From the IMG/VR virus record IMGVR_UViG_3300035184_000978, positions 1,269 through 65,268 of that record: a stretch of DNA of 64,000 nt; one strand, given 5' to 3'. Shown piece by piece: positions 10,001-20,488 of the stretch. This DNA comes from a virus. Taxonomy: Duplodnaviria; Caudoviricetes. Below the pieces are notes generated by a model. It was not told where the DNA came from, ran no database searches, and saw only the letters and a program-made list of their open reading frames with translations. The position numbers and the translations under genes were made by a program. Position 1 is the stretch's first letter. Every line of letters starts with the position of its first letter.

Positions 10001-11141
10001 ATATGAAATACTGACAAACGACGGCTGGTCAAAATTTGACGGCGTACGGAAGTCACTAACTACTGGTATAGTAACTCTATCGTTAGAAAATAGACAAACG
10101 TTAGAATGTTCACTAGACCATGAGTTAGAAACCGACTTGGGATTTACACCAGCGCAGAAATTACTACTAGGTTATAGAATTAAAACTAAGGACGGCTTCA
10201 GTAGAGTTTCATATTTGCATATTGACAAAAACGAATCTGCCAATGTATACGACGCGCTAGAAGTTAGTAATGGAAATAAATATTTAACAAACGGAATGGT
10301 TTCTCACAATTGTCAATTCGTCGGCAGTTCTGGTACTCTTGTTAGTGGATCTAAACTAAAAGAATTAGCTTATGTTAGGCCATTGCATGAAGGTAATGGC
10401 CTAACACAATACAAAAAACCAGATAAAACTAAAACATATGTACTCATTGTTGATGTATCAAGAGGTAAAGGTTTAGATTATTCAACGTTCAACATTATCG
10501 ATATAACTAAAATGCCTTATCATCAAGTATGTGTTTTCAGAGATAATTTTATTGGCCCAGTAGATTTTGCTGCAACAATATTTAGATTAGGTAAAATGTA
10601 TAATGAAGCATATGTATTAGTAGAAATAAACGATATTGGCGAACAGGTGTCAGACGTGCTTACGATGGATTATGGCTACGAGAATTGTTTATTCACAGAA
10701 AACGCAGGTCGAGCTGGTAAAAGAATTTCAAGCGGTTTTGGTAAAAGAGCTGATAATGGAATAAGAACAACAAAAAGTGTAAAATCTATCGGTTGCTCAA
10801 TATTAAAAATGTTGATAGAACAAAACCAATTAATTCTATATGATTTTAATACAATACAAGAACTGTCTAGATTTTCTAGAAAGGGTTCATCTTATGAGGC
10901 TGAATCTGGAGCTCACGATGATTTAGTTATGAACTTAGTCATATTTGCATGGCTATCTGACCAAGCGTATTTTAAAGATCTAACTGACATAAATACAATG
11001 ATGATGCTCAGAGAGAAAACTGAAGAGCAAATAGAAGAAGATTTGTTACCTTTTGGTTTTATTGATGACGGACATGATGAAGTTGATTCAGAAGGATTTA
11101 GACCAATTGTTACTACAAATGGTACAGATGATTGGATTTAG
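9984..11141 (+). CDS. gp17: Split-intein C part (about 109 aa) fused to terminase large subunit C-fragment (nuclease)
   Basis: ECSLDH (block B), VYD (F), SHN|CQFVGSSG (G; splice junction 10310/10311), then VDVSRG.GLDYS and HDDLVM. GTG 9984 follows GGAG; alternative ATG at 9969. Confidence 0.9.
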   Translation: MQLQSKYEILTNDGWSKFDGVRKSLTTGIVTLSLENRQTLECSLDHELETDLGFTPAQKLLLGYRIKTKDGFSRVSYLHIDKNESANVYDALEVSNGNKYLTNGMVSHNCQFVGSSGTLVSGSKLKELAYVRPLHEGNGLTQYKKPDKTKTYVLIVDVSRGKGLDYSTFNIIDITKMPYHQVCVFRDNFIGPVDFAATIFRLGKMYNEAYVLVEINDIGEQVSDVLTMDYGYENCLFTENAGRAGKRISSGFGKRADNGIRTTKSVKSIGCSILKMLIEQNQLILYDFNTIQELSRFSRKGSSYEAESGAHDDLVMNLVIFAWLSDQAYFKDLTDINTMMMLREKTEEQIEEDLLPFGFIDDGHDEVDSEGFRPIVTTNGTDDWI

Positions 11142-11217
11142 ACGATTGGATTTTCTAAGTGTGTAGTTTTTATAAATAACAAAAGAAACAGATATTATTT
11201 AACAAAGGAGAACAAAT

Positions 11218-13146
11218 ATGGCTTTTTCTGTAAGTCCTTCGGTGATTGTTCGCGAAGTGGATGCATCAGCAACGGTGCCAGCCATCGCAACACCACCAGC
11301 AGCAATAGCTGGAGTTTTTAGATGGGGTCCAATTAACGAACCTATACTGATTTCCTCAGAAAACGAGCTAGTTGGTCGCTTCGGTGCACCAGATGATAAT
11401 TCATATGAAACATTTTTTGTTGCATCTGATTATCTTTCATATTCTAATGCGTTATATGTAGCAAGAGCAGACAATGGATCGCTAACTGCTTCTAGTAGTG
11501 TTTATGGAGCAAATAATGCTCTTATTACTTCGGGTTCGTTTGAAGGTAAATACCCCGGAGCAATTGCTAACGATATTGATATTGCATATGTAAACGATAC
11601 AAGTTTTGAAAATTCTATTGCATTAGTAGGAGAAATAGTTAATACTGATATTTCACCAGCTATAGCAAATACAGCTCAGACGATAGCTTTTAACGCTCTA
11701 AGCTTCAATTTACAAGTTCCAGTAGATGATGACGGTGAAATGCGCACTGCTATTACAAATTTAGTTGCTGGTGATTCACTAGTTATAGGTAATGATTCTG
11801 TTGGTTATCAAACTATTAAAGTTTCAAGCATAACAGAAACAGCACTAGATAGTTTAGGTGTGGAAACTGCAACACCTGGCGATATCACAGCTTATGAATT
11901 CGAGATAGTATTAGAAAGTAGATATACATTAGCTGAAACTTCACTATATAGTCTTAGCTTAACTAAAAAATGGGCATATGCTTCGTTGTTTGGTAAAGCT
12001 CCAGAAGTTGGTACATACCACATTGCTGTAATAGATTCAACTGGTAATATTTCAGGTGAAGCTGGACAAGTAGTAGAGATATATGAAGGTTTGTCTATAA
12101 CTCAAGGTTCAACACTAACTGATGGTCGTAACAACTATTATGCAGATGTAATTAACAATAATTCTAGTTGGGTTAATGTTGCTAATACTGCAAACTTTGA
12201 ATCTATAAGTTCTGCTTATGAAACACTAACTTTAGGTACTGATGGTACTACAGAATCTACTACAACATTGGGTCCTTTAGCTGCTGCTTATGACACATTC
12301 GCAAACGGAAACGAAATCGATATTTCATTCGTATTACAAGGTAAAGGCGACGATAATGCAAATATTGCAAACTATATAGTATCAAACATTGCTGAATCCA
12401 GAAAAGATGTTGTTGCTTTCCTTTCTCCATCAAAGGAAGCGGTTGTTGACACAATTCAAACTAACGCGATACTAAATAACATTATTGCATATCGTAATAA
12501 AGTTCAATCTTCTTCATACTGGTTTATGGATAGTGGTTACAAGTACAGATATGATAAGTATAACGACAAGTATAGATATGTTCCATTAAATGGTGATATG
12601 GCTGGACTTGCTGCTAGAGTTGAACCATATGAATCTCCAGCTGGTTTTAGAAAAGGTATAATCAAAAACGTTGTTAAATTAGCGTTTAATCCCAATAAAA
12701 CACAAAGAGATCAGTTGTATAGCTCAGACGTCAATCCAGTAGTTTCACAGGTTGGCCAAGGTATTGTATTGTTCGGTGATAAAACTGGATTAGGTATTCA
12801 AAGTGCTTTTGATCGTCTTAATGTTCGTAGATTGTTTATTGCTGTTGAGAAATCAATTGCAAATGCAGCTCAGAACATATTGTTTCAATTAAATGATACG
12901 TATACTCAAACACAGTTTAAAAATATTGTTGACCCTTTCCTAAGAGACATACAAGGTCGTCGTGGAATTATAGACTTCCGTGTAATATCAGATGAAACAG
13001 TTAACACAGCCACTGTTATAGATCAGAACAAGTTTAGAGCTAATATCTTTATTAAGCCATCACGTTCAATCAATGTAATCGAACTAACATTCGTTGCGAC
13101 TCGTAGCGGTATAGAATTTGACGAAATCGTCGGTTCAATTTCTTAA
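11218..13146 (+). CDS. gp18: Tail sheath protein gp18
   Basis: SPSVIVREVD, F.WGP, YDKYND.YR.VPLNGD.AGL, FDRLNVRRLF. Confidence 0.95.
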   Translation: MAFSVSPSVIVREVDASATVPAIATPPAAIAGVFRWGPINEPILISSENELVGRFGAPDDNSYETFFVASDYLSYSNALYVARADNGSLTASSSVYGANNALITSGSFEGKYPGAIANDIDIAYVNDTSFENSIALVGEIVNTDISPAIANTAQTIAFNALSFNLQVPVDDDGEMRTAITNLVAGDSLVIGNDSVGYQTIKVSSITETALDSLGVETATPGDITAYEFEIVLESRYTLAETSLYSLSLTKKWAYASLFGKAPEVGTYHIAVIDSTGNISGEAGQVVEIYEGLSITQGSTLTDGRNNYYADVINNNSSWVNVANTANFESISSAYETLTLGTDGTTESTTTLGPLAAAYDTFANGNEIDISFVLQGKGDDNANIANYIVSNIAESRKDVVAFLSPSKEAVVDTIQTNAILNNIIAYRNKVQSSSYWFMDSGYKYRYDKYNDKYRYVPLNGDMAGLAARVEPYESPAGFRKGIIKNVVKLAFNPNKTQRDQLYSSDVNPVVSQVGQGIVLFGDKTGLGIQSAFDRLNVRRLFIAVEKSIANAAQNILFQLNDTYTQTQFKNIVDPFLRDIQGRRGIIDFRVISDETVNTATVIDQNKFRANIFIKPSRSINVIELTFVATRSGIEFDEIVGSIS

Positions 13147-13169
13147 TAAGATAAAAGGAGAACAAGAAT

Positions 13170-13703
13170 ATGAGTTTCAATATTAACGAGTTCAAATCAC
13201 AATTAACTGGTGGTGGTGCTCGTCCAACTCTGTTTCAAGTTCAAATACTAAACCCAGTAAACCCTGAGGCTGACTTTAAAGTTCCTTTTTTAGTCAAGGC
13301 CGCAGGAATTCCTGCATCAACTGTGGGTTCTTATACAGTTCCCTATTTTGGGCGAGAAGTAAAGTATGCTGGCGATAGAGTTTTTGAAGATTGGAACATT
13401 ACTGTAATTAATGATGAAGACTTTTCCATTCGCAACTCGATGGAAGCCTGGTCAAATGCAATAAACACACACGATAGTAACCAACGAGCTTTACCGAAAG
13501 ATTACAAGTCTAATGCTATAATCACTCAATTTGGTAAAGATGGTAAAGCTTTAAGATCTTATGTATTTGAAGGTTTATTTCCCATATCAATATCGCAAAT
13601 TGATGTTGGTTGGGAGAATGTTAACACTATTGAAGAATTCACAGTTAGCTTCCAATACGACCTATGGCGTGTAGAAGGTAATACTGGAATTCCAACTACC
13701 TAA
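13170..13703 (+). CDS. gp19: Tail tube protein gp19
   Basis: GGARPTLF, GR.VK.AGDR.FEDW.ITVINDEDF, IEEFTV.FQYD.W. Confidence 0.95.
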   Translation: MSFNINEFKSQLTGGGARPTLFQVQILNPVNPEADFKVPFLVKAAGIPASTVGSYTVPYFGREVKYAGDRVFEDWNITVINDEDFSIRNSMEAWSNAINTHDSNQRALPKDYKSNAIITQFGKDGKALRSYVFEGLFPISISQIDVGWENVNTIEEFTVSFQYDLWRVEGNTGIPTT

Positions 13704-13748
13704 TTGTGTATAAATATAATCAAAACAATGGATAAGGTGATTAAATAA

Positions 13749-15275
13749 ATGCGTATTTTTGGTTTTGAAATAAATCGCGACGAAGATCTTAGTGCTAAAA
13801 CTTCGCTAGGATCTTTTGCTGAGCCACAAAATGACGATGGTGCAATTTCTGTAGAAAATGCATTAGGTGGTTCTTATGGGATGTCTTTGGACATGGAAGG
13901 TGCTGCTAAATCAGAATCTGAATTAATAACTAAATATCGCGGGATGGCTATGCATCCCGAAATCTCTCAAGCAATTGATGAGGTTGTTAATGAAGCGATC
14001 AATGTCGATACTTTTAATAAAGTAGTTAAAATAATATTAGACGACATTGAACTTCCAGATAAAGTAAAACAAAGAATCTCTGAAGAATTTGATACTATTA
14101 TAAGTCTTTTAGATTTTAATCACAAAGCATATGATATATTTAATAAATTTTATGTAGATGGTCGTTTAAACTATCATATCATTATTGATGAAACTAACTT
14201 AAAAAAGGGCGTCGTAGAATTACGATATATAGATCCACGTAAAATAAAATTAGTAAGGGAAATGGACGGCAAAAAAGTTCTCCCCAATACTGGTATTTAT
14301 TCTAAGAAAATTAAGAATGAATATTATGTTTATTCCAACAATGGTTTTGGTACAGCTACAAATGGGTCTTCAACTAGCCTAAATGCTACTGGATACAGAA
14401 TTGCAAAAGATTCTATAGCAAGAGTTACTTCTGGAATTATGAATGAAAATAATTCTTTAGTACTTTCTCCTATACACACGGCAATAAAACCTTTAAACCA
14501 GCTTAGAATGTTAGAAGATGCAACTGTTATCTATACGTTAACTCGAGCACCCGAAAGACGCATATTCTATATTGATGTTGGTAACTTGCCGAAGACAAAG
14601 GCAGAGCAATATCTTCGTGATATGATGACTCGTCATAAAAACAAATTACAATACAATTCTGGTACTGGCGAAGTTACAGACGCTCGTAAAATGATGACAA
14701 TGACTGAAGATTTTTGGTTCCCTCGAAGAGGTGGTGAAAGATCTACTGAAGTTGATACATTATCAGGTGGTAATTCGCAAGCATTAACTTCAGATGAAAA
14801 TTTGCAGTATTTTAAAGGTAAATTATATAAAGCATTAAAGGTACCTGTATCTAGATTAGATCCCGAGACAATGCATTCTTTCGGCAGAGTATCAGAAATA
14901 AACAGAGACGAACTTAAATTCGGAAAACGAGTTCGCAGATTACGAACACGGTTCTCTGAGTTGTTTAGTCATATATTAGAAAAACAATTAGTTCTTAAAG
15001 GCATTTTAGATCCTACTGAATTTGAAAATATTCGCAATAATATAAAGTATGATTTTGTTAAAGATAACTATTTTGAAGAGCTCAAAGAAGCTGAAATAGT
15101 TAGAGAAAGGTTGAATACACTTCGTGAAATAGAAGATCATGTTGGAGTTTATTATTCGAAGGCTTGGGTTGTGCGCAACATACTGCGAATGACAGAAGAA
15201 GAATATAAAGAAATGGAAAAAGAAATGAAAAGCGAAAGCGACAATTCTCCAGAAAAAGACGATTTAGATTTATAA
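13749..15275 (+). CDS. gp20: Portal protein gp20
   Basis: YRGMA.HPE, NQLRMLEDA.VIY...RAPERRIFYIDVGNLP, EDFW.PRR. Confidence 0.95.
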   Translation: MRIFGFEINRDEDLSAKTSLGSFAEPQNDDGAISVENALGGSYGMSLDMEGAAKSESELITKYRGMAMHPEISQAIDEVVNEAINVDTFNKVVKIILDDIELPDKVKQRISEEFDTIISLLDFNHKAYDIFNKFYVDGRLNYHIIIDETNLKKGVVELRYIDPRKIKLVREMDGKKVLPNTGIYSKKIKNEYYVYSNNGFGTATNGSSTSLNATGYRIAKDSIARVTSGIMNENNSLVLSPIHTAIKPLNQLRMLEDATVIYTLTRAPERRIFYIDVGNLPKTKAEQYLRDMMTRHKNKLQYNSGTGEVTDARKMMTMTEDFWFPRRGGERSTEVDTLSGGNSQALTSDENLQYFKGKLYKALKVPVSRLDPETMHSFGRVSEINRDELKFGKRVRRLRTRFSELFSHILEKQLVLKGILDPTEFENIRNNIKYDFVKDNYFEELKEAEIVRERLNTLREIEDHVGVYYSKAWVVRNILRMTEEEYKEMEKEMKSESDNSPEKDDLDL

Positions 15276-15295
15276 TATATTCAAAGGAATTTTAA

Positions 15296-15937
15296 ATGAA
15301 AACAATTAAAACATTAATGCAAGAATCTGGAATTAAGGCAAGATCTACAGATGAACAAAGATTCGTAGATCAGCATGAAATTGAAATTATAAAACACCCA
15401 GTTGCACCAGAAAGTCAATTCAAGGGTACTATTGCTAAAAAGAAACGTATAGCAGATAACGACGAAGTTTCTTCTAAGACGTCTTACGATAAAGCGTATT
15501 CAATGAAAGAAAGCGATGACAGAAGTGAAATGTTAGTAAGACAACTACATTTTATCTCGTATGCAGCAGAAGAAATTGTTGAATTTTTAGAAGAAGGACG
15601 TGATATTGAGTCTTGGTATCAAAACAAAATAGCTATAGTATTCGATAGTATGGAAGGTTTGTACTCATTCGCTGAAGGCGAAAAACAAATGAATTATAGT
15701 CAAGCTAGTGAATATGGTTACAATGAATCAGCTGATCTATCTGAAAATACATATAAAGCAGGCGAAATTGTATTAGATAACAATGATAAAATTAAAGTTA
15801 CTGCACAAGATGCAAAACTTCTAAATACACTGTTAAAAGATTTAGATGACAAAAACCGCAAAAGCTTCGAGCAAATTTTAATGTCTGATAAGTCGGGTTT
15901 CGAAGAAATTGTCGGTTTTGCAAGAGAAGCAATATAG
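15296..15937 (+). CDS. Probable prohead core protein (gp67/gp68 position)
   Basis: Acidic protein between gp20 and gp21, with candidate x-x-E protease sites. Confidence 0.55.
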   Translation: MKTIKTLMQESGIKARSTDEQRFVDQHEIEIIKHPVAPESQFKGTIAKKKRIADNDEVSSKTSYDKAYSMKESDDRSEMLVRQLHFISYAAEEIVEFLEEGRDIESWYQNKIAIVFDSMEGLYSFAEGEKQMNYSQASEYGYNESADLSENTYKAGEIVLDNNDKIKVTAQDAKLLNTLLKDLDDKNRKSFEQILMSDKSGFEEIVGFAREAI

Positions 15938-15977
15938 ATATGCTTGTTTATATAAATAAATATAAAGGAAACCAATT

Positions 15978-16652
15978 ATGAAACTTATTACTGAGATACT
16001 TGCTGATAATTGTGAGGCAATTACTGAATCAAACGAATCTGGTAAAAAATCATATTTTATTGAAGGTATATTCATGCAAGGTGATTTAAAAAATCGCAAT
16101 GGCCGTATATATCCAAGCGTGATTCTTGAAAAAGAAATGAAAAGATATACAGATGAATATATTAGTAAAGCTAGGGCTTTGGGTGAACTTAATCATCCAG
16201 AAGGACCTCAAATTAACGCCGATAGAGTATCTCATCTTATCACTGAAATGAAGCGTGATGGTAATGATTTCTACGGTAAAGCAAAAATACTTAGTACACC
16301 AATGGGTGAAATCGTTAAAACATTTATTGACGAAGGCATAAGAATTGGTGTATCTACTCGTGGCCTTGGATCAGTTAAACAGTCTAAGGATGGCATTATG
16401 GAAGTTCAAAACGACTTCCATTTATCGACAGTTGACATTGTAACCGATCCTTCTGCACCAAATGCATTTGTTAATGGTATTATGGAGAACGTTGACTATT
16501 ACTATGATATTGCTTCAGGCAATTGGCGTGCTCAAGAAATACTAGAATCTATTGAACAAGAAGCTAAGAAACAATATACAAAAGTTATGAAGATTGACCA
16601 AATGCAAGCAGCTAGAATGTTTGAATCATTTGTTCGCTCTTTAAGAAATTAA
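15978..16652 (+). CDS. gp21: Prohead protease gp21
   Basis: IEGIFMQ...NRNGR.Y, ALGELNHP, GVSTRG.GS, D.V.DPSAP.AFV. Confidence 0.95.
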   Translation: MKLITEILADNCEAITESNESGKKSYFIEGIFMQGDLKNRNGRIYPSVILEKEMKRYTDEYISKARALGELNHPEGPQINADRVSHLITEMKRDGNDFYGKAKILSTPMGEIVKTFIDEGIRIGVSTRGLGSVKQSKDGIMEVQNDFHLSTVDIVTDPSAPNAFVNGIMENVDYYYDIASGNWRAQEILESIEQEAKKQYTKVMKIDQMQAARMFESFVRSLRN

Positions 16653-16696
16653 AATTTATATAAATATCAATACAAATCAAACAAAGGAGAACTAAT

Positions 16697-17599
16697 ATGG
16701 CAGACGCTAAAAGGTTTAAAGATGACGATGGTCAATCTTTTACAGCAGTTCCAGTAAAACCAGCTGGTGGAACTGACGGTGTAGTCGATAAGAAAGATAA
16801 CGGCGAAAAAATTAAAAAGTTTAAAGAAGAAACTGATGATGATGTAGAAATCGTAATCGAAGAATCTATTCAAAACATGTTTGAAGGAATGGATCTTTCT
16901 GAAGACTTTAAAACTAAAGTAAGTTTTGTTTTTGAAGCCGCAGTACGCGAACAAGCATCTTTGAAAGCAGAATCTATGAGAGAAGATATTCGAGCAGAAT
17001 TTGAAACTGAGTTGGAAGAATCTATTTCTTCTAAAATGTCTGAAGTAGTTGATAACCTTGATTCATATCTAGGCTATGTAGTTAATGAATGGATGAACGA
17101 AAACGAAATTGCTATAGAAACTGGCGTTAAAGTTGAAATAGCCGAGTCACTTATGTGTGGTTTAAAAGAATTGTTCTCTGGTCATAACATGGACGTTACC
17201 GAAGAAACAATCGATATTGTTTCTGGTTTGGAAGAACAAGTTAGTTCTTTAACTGTTAAAGCAAACAACACAATTACCGAAAATATTCGTTTAAATTATC
17301 AAATCGAAACATTAAATTCTAATAAAGTTTTTGATGAAATGACTGAAAGTCTAACAGTATCACAACGCGAAAGATTAAAAAATCTTTCAGAAAGTTTAAA
17401 TTCGAGTGATATTGGTGAATATTCAAAAAACCTTCAAACACTAAAAGAATCATTCTTTGCAGGAAGTTCTGTTAAGAATGACGTACTTGATGAAGAAAAC
17501 GAAATTCTTACTGAAGAAACTGCGACTAAACGTCCTGCTTCTGATAACGGAATGATTAATGCTCTCGTAGAAGCGCTTAACACAAGAAAAAGCAAATAA
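16697..17599 (+). CDS. gp22: Prohead scaffold gp22
   Basis: LSEDFK.K...VFEAAV, YL.YVV.EWM.EN.IAIE.G. Confidence 0.9.
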   Translation: MADAKRFKDDDGQSFTAVPVKPAGGTDGVVDKKDNGEKIKKFKEETDDDVEIVIEESIQNMFEGMDLSEDFKTKVSFVFEAAVREQASLKAESMREDIRAEFETELEESISSKMSEVVDNLDSYLGYVVNEWMNENEIAIETGVKVEIAESLMCGLKELFSGHNMDVTEETIDIVSGLEEQVSSLTVKANNTITENIRLNYQIETLNSNKVFDEMTESLTVSQRERLKNLSESLNSSDIGEYSKNLQTLKESFFAGSSVKNDVLDEENEILTEETATKRPASDNGMINALVEALNTRKSK

Positions 17600-17670
17600 A
17601 CTAGCGAATATAGTTTTATTATAAATAATTAAAACAATAAATAAATTTACTCAACAAGGAGATAGACTAC

Positions 17671-18996
17671 ATGTCCGAGTCAAACTATCAAAAACTTGTG
17701 GAAAAGTGGAGCCCAATTCTTGAGCACGAATCTTTTTCACCTATTAAAGATGCACATAAAAAATCTGTTACTGCTACGATTCTAGAAAACACTGAACGTG
17801 CTTTACAAGAAACTGGCGATATCTCTGCTAACATGACTTCATTGTTATCAGAAACTCATGCTAACGATGCTGGTACAGGCGGATTTGGTTCTGGTTCTGC
17901 AGCAGGTGGTCCTACTGCAGGTTATGATCCGGTACTTATTTCTTTAGTACGTCGTGCAATGCCCAACATGATAGCATACGATATATGTGGTGTTCAACCA
18001 ATGACTGGTCCAACTGGTCTTATATTTGCAATGCGCTCACGAGCTACTAACCAAGCCGGTGCTGAACAGTTTTATGGCGAAACTAACACTGCATTTTCTG
18101 GTGCTGGTACTCAAACTGGAACTATCCCTGCTGCTGATGCTGCAAACACTACTTTGTTTGACACAGGTACTGGTATGGGAACTACTGAAGCTGAAGCACT
18201 TGGCGACGGTGGTGGTTCTAACTATGCTGAAATGGCTTTCTCTATCGAGAAAGTTTCTGTTACAGCTAAGTCACGCGCACTTAAAGCTGAGTACACTACT
18301 GAGCTAGCTCAAGATCTTAAAGCAGTTCACGGTCTAGACGCTGAAACTGAATTGGCTAACATCCTTCAAACTGAAATCTTAACTGAAATCAACCGTGAAG
18401 TTGTTCGTACGATTTACACTACTTCTTCTATCGGTGCTGTTAATACTGCTACAGCTGGTATATTCGACTTGGATGTTGATGCTAACGGTCGTTGGTCTGT
18501 AGAGAAGTTTAAAGGTTTAATGTTCCAAATCGAGCAAGAAGCTAACCAAATTGCAAAAGATACTCGTCGCGGTAAAGGTAACCTAGTTATTTGTTCTTCT
18601 GACGTTGCTTCTGCATTGCAAATGGCTGGTGTATTAGATTACACACCTGCTTTAAACGCTAACACTCTTGAAGTTGATGATACAGGCAATACTTTTGCTG
18701 GTGTTCTTAACGGTCGTTATAGAGTTTATATTGACCCATTCGCTGGTTCTAACTACTTAGTAGTTGGTTATAAAGGTTCAAGTTCTTTCGATGCTGGTTT
18801 GTTCTATTGCCCTTATGTTCCTCTTCAAATGGTTCGTGCAGTTGGTGAGAATAGCTTTCAACCCAAGATAGGGTTCAAAACCCGTTATGGTATGGTAGCC
18901 AACCCATTCGCTAATGGCCTTGATGCTGGTCTTGGTGCTCTTACAGCAAATACTAACAAGTATTATCGTAAAGTACGCGTAAATAATCTTTTTTGA
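17671..18996 (+). CDS. gp23: Major capsid protein gp23
   Basis: LVRRAMPN.IAYDICGVQPM.GPTGLIFAMR, AKSRALKAEY, FQPKIGFKTRYG. Confidence 0.97.
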   Translation: MSESNYQKLVEKWSPILEHESFSPIKDAHKKSVTATILENTERALQETGDISANMTSLLSETHANDAGTGGFGSGSAAGGPTAGYDPVLISLVRRAMPNMIAYDICGVQPMTGPTGLIFAMRSRATNQAGAEQFYGETNTAFSGAGTQTGTIPAADAANTTLFDTGTGMGTTEAEALGDGGGSNYAEMAFSIEKVSVTAKSRALKAEYTTELAQDLKAVHGLDAETELANILQTEILTEINREVVRTIYTTSSIGAVNTATAGIFDLDVDANGRWSVEKFKGLMFQIEQEANQIAKDTRRGKGNLVICSSDVASALQMAGVLDYTPALNANTLEVDDTGNTFAGVLNGRYRVYIDPFAGSNYLVVGYKGSSSFDAGLFYCPYVPLQMVRAVGENSFQPKIGFKTRYGMVANPFANGLDAGLGALTANTNKYYRKVRVNNLF

Positions 18997-19040
18997 TTAA
19001 TAATAAGAGCGGATTAAAATCCGCCTTTACGCAAACTATT

Positions 19041-19064
19041 AGGAGCCTTCGGGTTCCTTTTTTT
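19041..19064 (+). terminator. Intrinsic terminator after gp23
   Basis: AGGAGCC-TTCG-GGTTCCT followed by a T run. Confidence 0.85.
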
Positions 19065-19584
19065 ATGCCTGAGAATGGCGAGCTTTAATATGACGAGACA
19101 TACAACCAGCATTCATCCTCATATCACAATGAGGGCATTTCTTTTTCTGTAAAGCCTTTTGCCTAATCTTATCAACAGACTCAGGATTATCCATAGGATT
19201 GTTAACCAACATTCTTGCTCGAGATTTTTCTTTATGAGATTCAGGATTAGACCAAGTCTTACCTAATGCTGATGTATTACCCATAGCACCAGCTGATATC
19301 TTAGATTTAGCTTCTTCTGAGTGAGGCTGATGATTACCCATATTAGGATTAGCTTCTCGCTTTTCTTTCATTAGTTTGGATAGTTTTGCTTTGTGTTCTT
19401 TTGAGTGTGTTTTACCGGTGAAAGGATGTTCGTCACCAGGAAAGTAATAATCCCAAGACTCACCTTTTGGTAAATTTGTTACTGCATCTTCGGGTACAGT
19501 AATACTATCATCGAATTCAATTAATGAATGGATGTTTCTGATACCGAGTGCTTCTGAAATTGGACAGTGCTTATAAATAGACAT
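19063..19584 (-). CDS. NUMOD3-repeat DNA-binding protein with C-terminal Zn finger (homing endonuclease-derived; no clear nuclease motif)
   Basis: HPFTGKTHSKEHKAKLS, HSEEAKSKIS, CPHC..RH. ATG 19584 after AGGAG. Confidence 0.65.
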   Translation of the reverse strand: MSIYKHCPISEALGIRNIHSLIEFDDSITVPEDAVTNLPKGESWDYYFPGDEHPFTGKTHSKEHKAKLSKLMKEKREANPNMGNHQPHSEEAKSKISAGAMGNTSALGKTWSNPESHKEKSRARMLVNNPMDNPESVDKIRQKALQKKKCPHCDMRMNAGCMSRHIKARHSQA

Positions 19585-19667
19585 GTAGCTGATACTCCTG
19601 TTAAGTGTTAGAATGGATGGAGACTGCAATCTCGTGATCCATACTTATTTAAAATAGGAATTTAATC

Positions 19668-19817
19668 ATGATAAAAAATATAGATGAATTATTTGACAGT
19701 GAATATCAAATATACATAAACAGAGCATCTTATCTTCATGATAATGGATGTTATCTCGATAAAACTGAAGAAGAACTTGTTACAATGATTTTAAAAACTG
19801 AGAATACTAACATTTGA
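19668..19817 (+). CDS. Small hypothetical protein (49 aa, MIKNIDELFD...), not in ORF track
   Basis: RBS AGGAA; late promoter TATAAATA at 19572. Confidence 0.5.
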   Translation: MIKNIDELFDSEYQIYINRASYLHDNGCYLDKTEEELVTMILKTENTNI

Positions 19818-20048
19818 TTCGTTTATGAGAATTGTAACCCAACCTAAACCAGATTGCAATCTAATCTGTAATCGTCTTTCATTAGACAGATGATGTTTGT
19901 TGCAAATCCTTGAAACCAACCTAGTTTATTCTTATATTTTCCACTATTAATTAATAGGCAAGTTTCACTAATAATAATTTAATTCCTATTGTTATTAACG
20001 ATGATATATCTATTATAACAAAGTTAATAATAAATGTCAATGGTTATT

Positions 20049-20322
20049 TTAAGTTTTTGAAACAAAATTTATTCCATTTTTAATGTTAGTTGATGAATCT
20101 TTAAAGTAGTCAAAACACATATCAACAGTTTCATCAGTATGAAAGTTATAAACAGAAACACTTGACATAGCGATGTTCGAACTAACAGAAACACAAAAAT
20201 CGTCAGTTGAAAATCTAAATACATCATCGTTTTCAAACTCATTGTCGATAACACTACCATACTTTAAAGATGAAGATTCTATAATAGTTTTAGCGATGTT
20301 TTTTTATTGCTTCAGTGTACAT
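20049..20322 (-). pseudogene. Frameshifted paralog of 58415..58735
   Basis: Cassette ATG at 20322; one extra A in an A7 run (20299-20305). Downstream frame IAKTII..IDNEFENDDVFRF..DDFCVSV..NGINF matches the 58 kb gene. Confidence 0.7.
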
Positions 20323-20409
20323 AATTTAATTCCTTTATCAATTTATGTAACTATTATAATAAAATCAAAGCGAAATGTCAACTATTATTAAATCATACAG
20401 ACGTGAGTG

Positions 20410-20450
20410 AAAAACAGTTGTAACGCATCCTTTTGCATCCGTTACAACTG
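20410..20450 (-). terminator. Intrinsic terminator of the 20.5-22.4 kb late insert
   Basis: CAGTTGTAACG/CGTTACAACTG stem followed by TTTTT on - strand. Confidence 0.7.
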
Positions 20451-20488
20451 AACAATAATAGAGATTGACGTCAATCTCTATTATTGTT
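20451..20488. repeat. Perfect 38-bp palindrome
   Basis: AACAATAATAGAGATTGACGTCAATCTCTATTATTGTT is its own reverse complement. Confidence 0.9.
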
